In this document: positions 13,790-27,909 of the stretch, one piece after another | Position numbering within the stretch: position 1 is the stretch's first letter | Layout of the letters: each line of letters starts with the position of its first letter | Assembly (NCBI GenBank): GCA_051362555.1 | Contig: CM120649.1 | Location: 19,978,567-20,042,566, forward strand | DNA length: 64,000 nt | From: Lingula anatina | Lineage: Eukaryota > Animalia > Brachiopoda | Direction of reading: 5' to 3' | Translations under genes and position numbers: made by a program | The notes under the pieces: model-generated | What the model saw: only the letters and a program-made list of their open reading frames with translations | Told to the model about the DNA's origin: nothing | Databases searched by the model: none

Positions 13790-15615
13790 CAGTGTTTGAC
13801 CTTCGTTTGAAATAGTACAGGCCAATTTGGCCAGTGTGCTCTGAAAGTTACTGGCCAAACCGAAAATGCACAAGCCAGACTTTGGCCAGCTTTATTACGA
13901 AGTTACTGGCCAAATATTCAAAGTGCAGGCCATGTGGTAATGACTCATGATGGAGATGTTATCATAAGCAAATAAAGAAAAAAAATTTAAAACCTTTTTT
14001 AAACCTAGAACTGTGTTTATTCTTTAGTCTACAGATTTCGCACATTCTAATCTAAATTAAACATAAACTATATGCATATTTATTTACCCCACTTTACCTA
14101 GAGATACTTTGATTAGATTTTAAATAAAATTTTCTGTACATATATTTCTAAAATTTTCTGAACTTGTACTCCGTGAACATAATTTGTTTAATGAAATTTA
14201 TATTTTGTATCTTTAAGTTGCATCATCACACCAAGAAATATTCATACAATAGATGCAAGGATTTAAGCTTCATGCTCTTTCCTATATATTTGTACATAAA
14301 TGTATATTCTTTGGGGGGAATCGGCCGGGGTGAAATTGTCCTGATACCGATGAAGAGATAAAAGTCAGTATAAAGATCAATTTTGTCTTAAAAACTGCTC
14401 CACATCCTTCTCAGTCATTTCATTGTCTTCATCTGAATCACTATAACTGTCATCAAACCCCTCATCACTGTCACTGCATCCCTTTTTTCAATTCTTGGTG
14501 TTTTTGGTTTGGTACCTGCAATTTTTAAGTGTCAAGTTTATTAAAGACTGCCAACACAATCACCGAGTCAGACATAATCAATTACTGGTACATGTGATAA
14601 AGAGCTAAACATTTAACAACGTTAAAATCAACAATTGGGCCAAACAAGTAGACCGTTCAGATATGGGGTCTTAATAAATATATATAAAGAAATACTCGTT
14701 TCAAAATAAATATCAAAATGAGGTTAAATTAAGCACTATCATTATTAGAGAACTTGTGATATTCAGGGTGAACTCCGTAAGTCGCACTGACGGAGATGCA
14801 GTCGGTGAACTGCTGAAAACCTAACGAGATTGTTAAAAGATTCAGTTGTATCCGAGTTGAAATAAAATTCATTATTTTGTATTATTTGTATAGTATTGCA
14901 CTGTACTGTAATAGCGTGCGCTATGTAATTCAATTTCTCTTACCCTACACACGTTGCACGTCGCACGCATTTAACCCCCTCCCCCCCCCCCTTTTTTCTT
15001 TTTTTGTTCCGCTCAGGAAAAAAAATCAGAAAACGTCAAAAACATGCGTTGGGTCAAAGAGCTCAGACTATTAGTTCGTTTCTGCTTTGATTTTGTTTAC
15101 TTACCACTTGAAGTTGAAGCCGATTCTGCGACGCTCTCACTCTCAGTCTCTTCTACTTGGCGTTTTGAAATTTTTAAAAACTTTTCCATGCAGCTTGATA
15201 ATCCACGTGCATCACGTTTTCTCCCGGAAGCGTCAACTGCGCAAAATCGCAAGACGCAAGTGAAACGAAACAGACAGCATTTCCTATACTTCGTCAAAAT
15301 CCGGCGCGCAAACGAAGGCTAGATGCTTTCAAAAACGACAGCGAGACTGTGAATACGTCATTACGGAATTCCCCACTTTCAAGCAATCACGATTATGAGA
15401 GTGAAAACGATGTTAGCAGTAAGGGTAATCCCATGAACTTCCCTGTAATTTTTGGCATACGAGTCGGACTTAAATTGAGTCTAAATTTTGCCGATAAACT
15501 TGATACAGTAAGTTGACATAAATCGCCAAAATGGCGACTTGCACCATCATTTTCACTCGCCAGATTTAATTTTAACTCGCATTGGCGAGCTGGCGAGTGC
15601 GAGTGTCAAACGCTG
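13790..15615 (-). mobile_element. Internally deleted hAT-like DNA transposon in YAP intron 1
   Basis: TIRs CAGTGTTTGAC / GTCAAACGCTG; ATTATTA duplication in low-complexity flanks (TSD length ambiguous). Retains an N-terminal-like exon (MEKFLKISKRQVEE..., ~15105-15190) and an acidic C-terminal-like exon (~14410-14515). Confidence 0.65.
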
Positions 15616-16261
15616 ATTATTATTAAATTATTATTTTTTTTTTTTAGCCAAATCACTACTTTTCCATCACTTTTTTCTCCAAATGGTAGAAATTTGACTA
15701 GCACAAATCAAATCAATCCTATTTTGGTTAGCCAATTTAAGTCAGTTTCAGCATTTGGCTAAATTGGTGAATATTAGGGCTATCCCATTACGTCAGCTTG
15801 CATTGCCTGATACAAAAAACTTTACATGAAAAACTAAGAAAATAATGAATGGGTGGTTGAAGGCGTTTATAAATAATTAAGTGTAACAGTCAACAGGGGA
15901 GGACCTGAGCTTGTAAGGATAATGTAAGAGTTAACTTACTGGTTTATGTCCTCAAGAATTGTGTCCCACCCTGTTTACCATATGTAACCACATCAACTGC
16001 TGGAACTTCACACTGACAGGATATATGGACACTTTTGATGACCCCTGCAGCCTCTTTATAGGGTTCAGATTAACATTATTCATGTTGATTAAAAAAACAC
16101 ACTCTTATACAGCCACAATATCCCCTTCACTTTAAATGTGTATCTGAAAGTGCAGTTGTGCCCTAACTCTAGAAGACAGAATCAGAAAAAGCCACTAGCA
16201 CTATCTTAGTTCTTTATTCCAAAAATAATTCTCTAGTGGCTTAAGATTTGTTGAATTCTTA

Positions 16262-16442
16262 GGCCCCATTCAGAATAGGGGACTTATTAGTCCAAGGGTC
16301 AAATATGGCTACCCTGAACCACTACAAAGCTTGTCGTCTAATCTGCTTCTAGACGCTGAATATATTTCCCTTGGGGAAGTATTCAAGTGGGTCGGCCATA
16401 TTTGACCCTGGGACTAGTTAGTCCACTGTTGTGAATGTGGCC
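16262..16442. mobile_element. PIF/Harbinger-like MITE
   Basis: Long imperfect TIRs GGCC(C/A)CATTCA...GGGTCAAATATGGC with TTA TSD. A partial copy lies at ~34760-34797. Confidence 0.65.
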
Positions 16443-17744
16443 TTAGTGAGTGTAACTGTGAACACAGCCAGCTTCACAGTGAAGTTTCAGATCTCTGTGG
16501 CAGGTAAGGTAGCAGCTTTAGACAGGTGTGCTCTGACAGGGTGCTCACCTCAGCTGTGAGAGATGTGTCATTATCTTGCTCACTTCACATCTGCTGTTCA
16601 ACTATTATATTAATAATCACATCCACCTCTCTGGCATCAAACAGACAAGGCTATAAAACTGGACCTAGACTCACACCTACCAAAAGAAATCAACTTTGAT
16701 TCCTGCTAAAAAGGGTTGAATGCATTCAGATGCTTGCTAGGACGTTCTTGTAATTACTGCTTACGGCTAATTTTGTATCACTTGGGCAGTTCAGAACCTT
16801 CCTACATTATCTTGGGGTAATTTACAAAGATTGAAATAAGTCTGATTACTATTGGGCAATGTATCTGATTCTTTTAAGGGGTAAATAAGCTTTTTTTTTA
16901 ATGTAACCTAGAAATACAGACACTGGAAGATATATTTAAATTTCACTGTTCTACAAAGCTTAACATTTTTCCAAAATATAAAAAAATGATACAAGGATAA
17001 AACAATTAAGAAACACTTTCCGTCCTCCAGCTGAAAAAACTTTTTATGATCTGCCAATGCCCATGAGAAGCTGAATCTGGGATAGTGCTCACACTCGCCA
17101 ATTTAGCCAAATGCTTAAACTGACATAAATTGGCTAAACAAAAAGGACTTGATTTCACTTGTTTTAGTCAAATTATAACCATTTGGATAACAAATTGACA
17201 AAAAATGGTGAATTAAGCAAAGCCAAAAAAAAAAAAAAAAAAAAAAATTCTAGGGCTACCCCAGTGAAGCTATTATTTTTTCTGAACACCAACGATCACT
17301 TCTACCTCTTGCCCTGAAGACAAAATGGCAGCCTAGTGGGAGCACCTGGAGTATGATATGTTTACTATCAGCTAAGATCTCACCAGTATTTGTTGAAACT
17401 TAAGTCAGCTCCTGTTTGTTATTCTTTTATTTGTCTGAAAAGTGGATGCTTTGTTTGAGCAGTCTGGGCATGTATTGAAGAGAAGGGGGGATGGGAGAGT
17501 TGAACATGAACCAAAATTCAAAGCTGGCCTCAACTTTTAAGTCTGTGAACGCATCCTCTTAGGATGAAAGAGCACACGCCTAGTCTGCGTTAACAGGAGA
17601 CCCCCTGTTCTCAACAATTACACCTTTCTCTAGGGGGTTATGTACTAAGGCTGTTTGAATTTTAATATTCATTACTCTACCCTTGTGTATTGTGCTAGGA
17701 CTTGGACAATAAAGTCTAGAATATTGTAGTCATACTGATTGAAT

Positions 17745-17789
<45 letters not shown>

Positions 17790-19974
17790 TGTTTGTGTGC
17801 GTGTGTGAGATAGAGAGAGCACCTTGTTAGTATACCTGTGAAACCACTCTCCTCTAACCCCACCAGTTGTTACCCCCCCCCCCCCACAAGGCCCTCTCCC
17901 TTCCTTTCTAAGGGCACCTGACCTGACATGAATCAAGTAGCCTTTCTGTTTAGCTGACCAGTTCTTTTATTGGAACTGACATATCCTAACACACACCCAA
18001 GCACCACTGCTGAAAGCTAGCAGTTTATGGAAAACATGGGAGGCTGGGCTTGTTACATTCTATGCAGGGCAGTGTGTGTGCATGTGCTCACGCGTGCGTG
18101 TGTGTATGTGTGTGGCAGTATAATCAATTTGAAATCAAATTTTCAACTGCTCAACTTCAGTAGAGATACTTCAGAAGACTCATTATGATAATTGAACCAC
18201 TTCCACATGCTGCACTTGTTGAGAGGTATAAGGATCACTGACCACTAAACCTTGCTCTACATGGCAACACTGAAAGGGCAAAAAATAACTTAGCAATCCA
18301 AAAATTACACTGTGAAACATTCACCTTCAAGGAAATCTCCTCACCAGATCTAGGGCCCAAACTGGGTCACCCCCAGGCCTGTGGAGGGGTAAAGAAATGA
18401 GGTCATGGGGATGCCATAACATGTAGTATCTGGAGCTGCCTGGTACTACCTCAGTATATACCATACTAGACACAACATGTGTGGCAGTTACTGTATACTA
18501 CAACTTAACATCTTCACTGGGATAGTTTATGTAGAGAAAATAGGTTTATGGCATTTTGAACTATGTCACTGACACTAAACTAGCCACAATATCATACAAT
18601 CAACCCCTCTTTCTCTCTCTCTCTCTCTCTCTCAAACTCTCTGTCTCTATCGTGGAAACAATTAATCATTGCCATAACCAAGGTGACTGACATTAAATAG
18701 CTACAACTCCATTTAACCAATGTCATAAAGTTGATGTTATTATGATGTGTTCAGAATGAAAACTCCCTGTCCCTGAAGGCTAGAACTCTCAACCTGTATA
18801 CCACTGGGACTTGAGCCCTGCCAGTAGTTAGTGTATAGCCCTCCCCCCCATCCTCCAGGCCTCTGTGCCCCCCCCCCCCCCCCCCCGCTCCCCCCCCCAA
18901 TGTTGATTACTTCCCACCTTTATCCTGGACTTGTTAATGAGCACTGCACCTGGGACTTCTACTGGTCTCAGTTCATCACAAGACTTAGTTAAGTTGGTAT
19001 GCCATGTTGCCATACTAATAGGCTTACCCTACACTCCCCCCCACCTTTCCACCCTCTCCCCACCCACACCCCTCACTGTTACTTTAATACATCAACCACA
19101 AAGTCAGCACCAATACCTACATCAGTCCATTAACTGTAGTATTAATTCCCTGTCACCAGTATTTGCAGACTAATTAATGGGGCCTCCACTGCAAATTAAG
19201 ACATCAATATACATGTTTTCACCCTATGTATATTTCACCCTATGTATATTTCTACCATTACAACTAGCTAACTCTGCTAGGGTAGCGTTTCTAGTCCTTC
19301 CCCCCCCCCCCCCGTCCCCCACCCCCCAATCAAGACTTCCTACCTGTCAATACTACACTGTTCACATATTGATCTCTCCCCACCTGGACCTAAGCCTAAT
19401 TGGTGAGGTCTGCATTGTAATAATAACAAAGTGCTACAGTGGGATCAATACACTCTCACTGGTCACTTGCCTGACCCACTTCATGAAGAGAACTTAGACC
19501 ACATGTCTGAACTCCAGGAACTTGAATAAAGGTAAACAGAGCAAGCAGACCAGGCTGAGCATCTGGTTGTAGTTTCAATACTGAATTAGCTAAATATCTG
19601 ACGTAAGTGAAGTCATATCAATGATATTATGAATAAATGGAAAACCCCTTTCTACTAATGTTGATATGGTGTAAGGCAATAAATTCACCTATTTCTCTTT
19701 CTCATAAGGCAGGGGGCACTTGTCGCTATGGACTCATTAAGCTGGCAGTTTCCCTTGAGAAAGTTTACGCTTCATGTAGTCAATGTGATATAAACCTGTC
19801 ACAGAACTATACACATCAGAGAACACACTGTAAATACCAACTCTTTTTGACTTGGGAGGAGGAAAGTGTGTGTGTGTGAGGGGGAGGGGGGTAGAATCAG
19901 TAGTTAGAGCTATATCTGAGCCAGGTGAACTTCTCCCTATACTCAGCAATGCAAACTTCAATATTTCTGTCCTT

Positions 19975-20331
19975 CAACCTGAGGAGCAGACTACCACCCA
20001 AGGAGTAGACTACCACCCGAGGAGTAGACTACAACCCGAGGAGTGGACTACAACCCGAGGAGTAGACTACAACCTGAGGAGTAGACTACAACCCAAGGAG
20101 TAGACTACAACCTGAGGAGTAAACTACGACCCAAGGAGTAGACTATACCTGAGGAGTAGACTACAACCTGAGGAGTAAACTACAACCCAAGGAGTAAACT
20201 ACAACCTGAGGAGTAGACTACAACCTGAGGAGTAAACTACAACCCAAGGAGTAGACTACAACCCAAGGAGTAGACCACAACCCGAGGAGTAGACTATACC
20301 TGAAGAGTAGACTTCAACCTGAGGAGTAGAC
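19975..20331. repeat. 19-bp minisatellite, ~18-19 copies
   Basis: Unit GAGGAGTAGACTACAACC(T/C) repeated head-to-tail with no spacers. Confidence 0.93.
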
Positions 20332-22124
20332 AGAGCCCACCCCAGATTAACTTTTCAGTTTGGTACTATTATTATGCCCAAGGGTGAAAGTTGTAAAGAC
20401 TGAAAACATACCTTGCAATGTCTCATCATGTCTCATATAGACCGTATGAAAAAACAATCAAACGAAGACTGAAAATTTTGAAATCATGCAAAATCCTGAA
20501 AAATTTCACCCATGCATTTGCAAGTCACATGGAAGTTATGCTAAGAAGAATTTCTGTATGTATCAATTATAATTTCTGATCAAGGTAATCCTAATGTTGG
20601 TCATACTATTATTTTGTCTTGGCCTTTAGTTGGGAGCCGGATGTGCGGGGGTTGGAGAAATCAAGATAAATCAACCTGACTTTCAAACCTCATGAATCGA
20701 GTCATGTGGAAACTTGAAATATTTTGTTTTAAATGTTTCAAGTTCCAAAGACTATACAATACAAAGAAAGCCAAACTGCTGCTGTAAAATGTCAGAGTTC
20801 ACTAGACAGCAGTGCACATGACAGCTGTGTTAATTGAAGAAGCAAATCACACCATAAAAAGAAGGATCCAATCTGTTCGTTTCAAAGTTTAAGGTCAAGG
20901 CAAGACATTCACACTGTCTGCTGAGTGTAACAGAGTTCAGATGACTTTTAGTCTCGGGTAAAAAATCCTAAGTTGTATGAATTTAGCCTCCTGCCTTCAA
21001 ACACATGAACATACACACGAATAAAAACACACACACACACCAGTAACTTGTACACTAGTACTGTGGCCACAATGTCCTGGTCACAGCTATGGTGATTAAA
21101 ACTACATGAAACAGAAACATTGGAAATAGGGAAATAGTTTCAATCCCCCAATTTTTCTCCTCCACTCTTCTCTCATTCACTCTTAGACATTCCATCTTTA
21201 ATATCTCTACCAGTTGTGATCACCAACAACTGCTATAAAACAGAGCTGTACGACAATCTTGTCTCCCATTTAATGACTTCTTCGTGTGGGTGGCAGAAGG
21301 ACCCCCCAGGCTGAGCTATCTTGTTTATTACAGACCCCCCATGAGGACGACGTCTGGGACCTCTCTTACAGTCAAACAATGGTAGCTTTATTGCAAACCA
21401 AGCCGCTTTCTGATACAGTACGGCTTTCCACTTGTATTCTGACCTTACTGTTATGATTTTTTCCTGATGACTATAAGTTTTTATATATTTTCTGATAGCC
21501 TGGTCCTTAGTTGTGTTTATCAGACATGCTACACAGATGACGGTTCATAAATACATGCACACATACAGTACACATAATTTCACCATTGACTTCATGTACC
21601 TTCTTTCTCCTACTTGTAAAACATAAACAAGAGTTGTATCTTTAAAGAAGAAAAAAATTACTCAAGAATATAAATGTTAAACATATCACTACAACATGCA
21701 GACCAGAGCATGAAATCTATAAAACATTGAACAATACCTTTGAAAATTTAATACAGTACACATCATAAAACTAGTGTGATAAGAACATAATGTACATGAT
21801 AAATATTCCATGTCTGCAGTAGTGTGTGACAAGAGAGGATGTGAATATATTAAATTGATTATAAAAAGGACATGTAATTAATGTGTCTGGGACAGAATGA
21901 TATCCATATTTATCAACTTTTATTTTACATGTACATTTTACATATACATCAACAAATTTTAAAATGAAAAATATACATGAGAATAATACGTTAAACATAA
22001 CTCATTAAAACATAAATGAAATATGAAATATGACAAAAATCAACATGGAATTCCTTCTTAAAATCATGAACAGGATAATTTTATTACATAAATGTCCAAG
22101 CCTGGAATCTCGGGGTTCACTTAC

Positions 22125-22591
22125 TTGATGTAGTAGGGCTGTCCACTGGGGGTTCGTGCCATGTCCCAGCCCGGGGGGAGACCCAGGGGGCTGTCGTCAG
22201 CGATAGGGTCCCCCAGACTTGACTGTCTGACGTGGTGTCGTGCAGGCGGCTGCTGGGGGGCCACAGACAAGTGCCCGCCCAGTACAGCCGGGCTGGACAG
22301 CGTCTTTTGGTGGAGGGGCATCATTCCTCCAGGCCCTCCCTGGGCCAGACTGTGATAACCACTGGTCATCGAGTCCGTACTGGACTCCCGGCTGTGGTTA
22401 CCTGTCCGCTGGACACTGGGGTTAAAAAACGATGGAGGCAGACCCCTCTCCTTCCATGATCTCTGTGGCTGAAGGGGCTGTTTATTAAGAACGTCAAACA
22501 GAGCGTCTAATTCTTGGTTGGAGTTCTCACGAACATGGACGATGGGCTGAGTTGACCCGACTTGCCTGTTGCCTTCGGGTTGTTGAGCCAT
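22125..22591 (-). CDS. YAP1: YAP/Yorkie coding exon 1: TEAD-binding domain, LATS motifs, start of WW1
   Basis: Translates MAQQPEG...IVHVRENSNQELDALFDVLN...LPPSFF (TEAD-binding signature), HSRESS, HQKTLSSP, HVRQSS and LPPGWDMARTPSGQPYYI (WW1). Ends at a GTAAGT donor (phase 2), 467 nt. Confidence 0.96.
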
Positions 22592-25349
22592 GTTTTTAAT
22601 CGTCCCAGACCCCGTTTAAGTGAACAAATTCCGCGTCCCTGGGGTATCTGCAGATCCTGGGCGGTTTCTGTTTAACCAGCAATACGATCCGTGGGGAGAA
22701 ATCTTGAAGTTTTCCTGGGAAACTCGCAGGAGGCCACTCGAAAAAAGTTTCTCTAACTTGACTTGCTCCTTTCACCTCTTCACCACTGACTTAAAGTAGG
22801 TTATAGTGACGCGTCATAAACTAGGTCATTAATGAGATTACTCTCTTCAAGTACTATTACATACAAGTGAAATTTATTAGTGCCAAAAAGACGAAACTGT
22901 ACCTGCTGTGTAAATGAATTACTAGCATAACTGAGAGGGGATATATTCTTAATTTTAGCATTTTGATATTAATACGCAGTTTAACCTCTTGTTTGCTGGG
23001 GGTCTTCCGGACGCTTACGTCACACATTATTGAAGAGGGGAGAGGTCACGAAGTTTCATTCATTAAGCCGTTCATTCCGATACTTAACTGCGTTCTCAGT
23101 TAACTTTCCTCGTGTAGGACCGCAACTTGCGAAGAGATACTAACAAAGAGAGATTAAAACTCAAATCTGTGTTTATCTTTTTCCTTAGATTAGGCGACTG
23201 GGTCTTTGATCTTTCGCAACATCAAAGTTATAGCCGCTTGTTGACTCTGAGTCATGTCAATGAATCGGCAGGTGAATTTATCGTGGGCGGTCGTCCACAC
23301 CTGTTATTGCGACTTTAAATATCAGAATTGAAAGTACAAAACTTTGTTACTGAATGAGTATTTTATATGAAAAAGGATACAGTTTGTTTACATTTGTAAA
23401 AGCACAATGGTGTCTCATCTGCTGCATTCTAGTCGATGCCCTTATAAGGAAGTCCGCCTCACGCACGATTAGATCAGAGAGGCCAGAGCTTTCTCCAGTA
23501 CTTTTTAAAATGTAAAAGAAAACTGACATATTTGGCGTGCCACACTTTTTCTTTATATATTAAAAATGAATAGATGTTGTATAAAATTACCTAAACTAGG
23601 ACTATTGTTGAAGCTGGCTTAAGAATTAAAGCCAAGATGAAGGGTCGTTCTTTTAAAATGAAAAAAGGAAATTGGCATTCTTTGGATTTTCCTCCTTTGT
23701 TCTATTTTAGTTTTTATGAAAAATTATTTGACATTGAATTCAATAAATGTAACCTTCAGAATTTTTTATCAAAAGATCAAATGGACCGCACTTTCTCATA
23801 AATAAGAATTAAGTACAGCCAATAAAATCAGTTTTAGAAAACAGTCATACACTATACATTTTAAAATCACATCAAAACAGGCTTTGAGCGCCTTCAAACC
23901 AAAAAAAAAAAAAAAAAAAGGCTCTATCATTTAAAACCATTATATGACTTAACCACACCAGGAGATTAATTTTCTTTCAAAAATCGAGATTGAGCACGGA
24001 TACTTATAATGGTTATAGATGGCAACAGAATAACTGAATTACTGTTTTGGCTTGGAATATAAGAAAATGATCAGGAAACACATTTACATATAGCGTTTCA
24101 AGGATGAATAGAGTAACATCGGGCATTTAGGGAAAAAAGTAAAAAATGTGCAATAAATATTTAAATTACCTTAAAATAGTCCTTGGCAACGATGAGTATT
24201 TTTCTTCTCTTAACCCTAAAACAAAATAAAGATTTTTGCAGCCTCTCAAAAGAGATTTAATTTTGAACATTTTCTATTTTTTGTGCAAATTAAGGGGAAA
24301 AAAACGATAATTGGAACAAAGGTCATATCATCCCCCTCTCACATTCCCTCTAGTCCCTCATCCAAACACTAGTGGATTCAGGGTGTCAAAAATAAGGGTG
24401 GTCACTGGACTTGATCGACCTGGCCCTCCTGGGTTCGATTGCTGTGACGTTCAGTTGGGGCGATGCTTTTATTTCATTGCGATAGTTGCGACTTGCAACG
24501 CAATCAGACACAACCGATTGTGAACAACACATTGCGTCACAACTACACCTGTAGTCTTCTCTACACGAATCGGCTATGATTGAAGTGGCCACATTTCCTT
24601 TAAACTTTATGAGTTTAAAAAGCTTGATCAAGAATATATATTGGTCGGTTCTAGTGTGGAAATACCAGTACGTTGATAGAGCTGAATTATACGACGATCA
24701 AAGCGAAATCGATCATGTCTGATATTATTTTTACCCCCTAAGGCGACCCAATATGAAAATACGCATAGAACCTAGATCAAAATTTACTCAGAGCGGACTT
24801 TTCCCACCCATACAGAATTGTTCTTTCGCCTCCTCCCCTATCACGCTTACGTGCGTGCGGACTAATATCATTCTCACGAAGAGATGGAAGTTAACTGAAG
24901 TCTGCACTCATGTATTTTTCACAAATCGGTGTAAATAGAAATGCATTCCCATAGACAGTATCGGTCTAAATGGAGCGACCTAATCCTGCAGACACTCTAG
25001 CTGACTGAAATCAGCTTGACTGAATCACACACCTCCTCCAGGCGTGAAGTAGTGTACAGAAAAGCTGGCGATTATACGAACACGGTGGACACAAAGGAAG
25101 TCGTGATTGCACTTAGCGAGAGTCCCTGCAGAGTTTGGTCGATCTACAAAGACCGATGGTGTCCATGGGAACGAGGTCATAAGACCTAATTATATTTGTC
25201 CACACATTTCATGTTTTTTTTTTTTTTTTTTTTTTGCACAGAAACAATGTACTTTAACACGGAAAGGGGTTTCAGCACACCAGAGCGACGTAGAACGGCA
25301 TGCAAAACTTCTTTAATTTCTTATTTTCATTCTTTCTCTCTCTTTCTTT

Positions 25350-25401
<52 letters not shown>

Positions 25402-26133
25402 TGCGCGCGGATGCGATTCATACTTTATTGTATTTCGAAGAGCTATATCCGTCATGAATTTTGTTACCAACAAAACAATTTCAAAATTTACGTTTTTACC
25501 TCGCTATATAGGCCTAAAGACTTGTCTTTTTTTCTTCTTTGGTTTTCGGCCTTGTCCTTTCTCAGACTTATATATTCTTGATTTTTTGTCTAAAACGCGT
25601 TCCCAGCGAAGGATAATAATTTAATACATTGACTGATAACATAATGTGCACCAAAATCTTAGTTCTTCGTGTAAACCCCTCATTACATTTTTAAACTGTC
25701 TGTGACCAGCGAAGGGCGTAAATATACATTAACTGTAGCAGTAGTAGTCGTTAACGCTAACTTCCTGTTATACGACGTGGCAACATTAACAACCATTTTT
25801 CTGATGAATTTTTTTTCTTTCAAATCCTTTTTCTGATGTATGATTTTTTCAATTAAAGATTACAGTTGTCAATATGATACGATATTTTACACCAAATAAA
25901 ACTCTGCGGCAGAAATTGAGAAAATGGGGAGGGGGGGGGGGTTAAACCTTAATACGTTCAAGTCACGGAAAGTCTCCTTACTATAGCGATGGTTTTGGTC
26001 ACACTGGTGCCTGGTACAGATATAACTGCCACTTTCTCCTCCTCGCACAGTCTCAGTGGACGGCAAACCGGAAGGTTTCCCCCTGAAGTTAAGGTGTCCT
26101 CTGCATCCTGTAGGTCCTATAGACGACAGAAAG

Positions 26134-27909
26134 ATGAAGATTGCATTTACAGTTGTTTTCATTGGTAGGTAAGCGCGGTTTAAGACTGAATGGTCAATGC
26201 ATGTTGGTGCTGTGAACGCCGCGTACGTGATATTTTACTTTTAATTAAAATTGGAATATATTTTACTTTTAATTAATATTTGGAATATAAACATGTGGGC
26301 GATACTTTCCCATGTGCAGATAGGCTTTTTTTTACATATGTTTTACCAAGTTGAAACGTGGAACTTATTTAGGTGGTAACTTTCATATTTCTCTGCTTAC
26401 AGTCATGTATGCAGTCACTGCCTGCATGTGTGAGAATGAAAAGAGTAGCGTTCATTCACGTAAGAAGAGGAACGCTGTCCAGTTAGGCTGGATGATCTTC
26501 AGTCGCACCAGGAGGTCTGCCCTGGCTTATAACGGTTATGGTTGTTGGTGTGGTCTGGGTGGAAGAGGAACACCTAAAGACGGAGTGGACAGGTGAGAGA
26601 GAGAGAAAGAGAGAGAGACAGAACTGAAGAGGGGGGGGGGGGGCGAGTAAAGAGCAGACAGGGAAGTAAAATCTCAACACCCCCTCATCTAGATATCCTT
26701 GGTACACAAATATAAATTTGTTTAAAGAAATAAATAAAATCAAGTATAGACCACTGCGTTTCATGGAGTACGCCTTTTTTTGAGCCAAGAATTTTCCTAT
26801 TATGTCATTGCATAAAACATTGGACTAACCCTGACCCCCCCCCCCCCCCAAATCCGCACTGCTGAACTGCACTGACTGCCCAGTCCCATGTGTGATATAC
26901 ATATATATATTAACTGACCTCTGGTCATTTATTTCCAGCTGTTGTCTCGTCCATGACAGGTGCTACGGGCGGCTGACCAGAAGTGGATGTCCCAACCCTG
27001 TGCTGAATACCTATAGATACACGCTGCGCGGAGGAATTGTTTGCAGTAAGTACATGTAGGCCTACATAACGTCTCAGTGTCAGTGGTATACTGCCTTGGA
27101 ATTAAGTATTTGTCCTCAACTGCAATGATGATCACGAGAACGAAATGCGGTGATTAGGGAATACATGTTCGGAAATCGTGTTTATGACGTTATATTATGA
27201 CGTAACTAAGACTTTACGATTGCATGGCCACTGCAAAGATGAGTTTTTATATCGATAAACCTACACAAACCAATCTGTTATTTGTCTCGTAAACAGCTGG
27301 ACGTTTCTTGTAAATTATTAACAATCTCTGATCTCATTAGCACATTTCCTGGTTTTAGTTAAGGTCTGCAGGCAAACCTGCTCAGGTACTTAGTCGTGTC
27401 ACAGCTGTCAATCATAAACCAATGCGTACACGTCACATTCAATAAATGTGCCGCCTGAGACCACGTGACTACACACCTGCAGCGGGATGGCGTGGTAAAC
27501 ACACGGTCTAAGCATGATATTTAATGTATATAATACCAAACTGTTAAAACGCAAGAAGAACGCAGCGAAAAGCAAAGACGGAGACTAAAAGAAGTAGGAA
27601 CTAAAAGGTTGGAACGACCCACTGATAGAAATAAAGGACATCCAGAAAACTGAACTTCCATGATAGCCCTTTTGAAGGCTTATAACTGATAGCAATAGTA
27701 CTGTAGCATACACATTTTCTCATTGTATGGGTAAATGTATTATTTCAGATGTCAGCGAGTCTTTACGAGGTATGTTTTCTTTACTTGCAGATAGCAGAAG
27801 AAACGACGTGTGTGAGCAGATTGGCTGTGAATGTGACAGAGCACTTGCCTTTTGCTTTGCCCGGAACATTTATAACGTCCGCTACCGGAACTGGAGGGGG
27901 AGCTGTTAA
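26134..27909 (+). CDS. Secreted phospholipase A2, copy A (intact)
   Basis: Exons 26134-26164, 26403-26592, 26939-27045, 27791-27909, all GT-AG with phases 1/2/1. Signal peptide MKIAFTVVFIVMYAVTACMC, propeptide ending RKKR, Ca loop [22 protein letters not shown]; AATAAA at 28024. Confidence 0.95.

Noticed and set aside
19637-19879. ORF containing FLTW, like the YAP C-terminal FLTWL
   Set aside because: Wrong strand and position (inside intron 1); coincidence.
19975-20331. Regular short repeat array that could suggest CRISPR
   Set aside because: Contiguous 19-bp units with no unique spacers, in a eukaryotic intron; a minisatellite.
24386-24631. Cys-rich 81-aa ORF on - (SCREDYRCSCDAMCC), superficially toxin- or somatomedin-like
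   Set aside because: No signal peptide, and the block-2 copy (~36800-37010) is frameshifted; more likely a decayed TE remnant.
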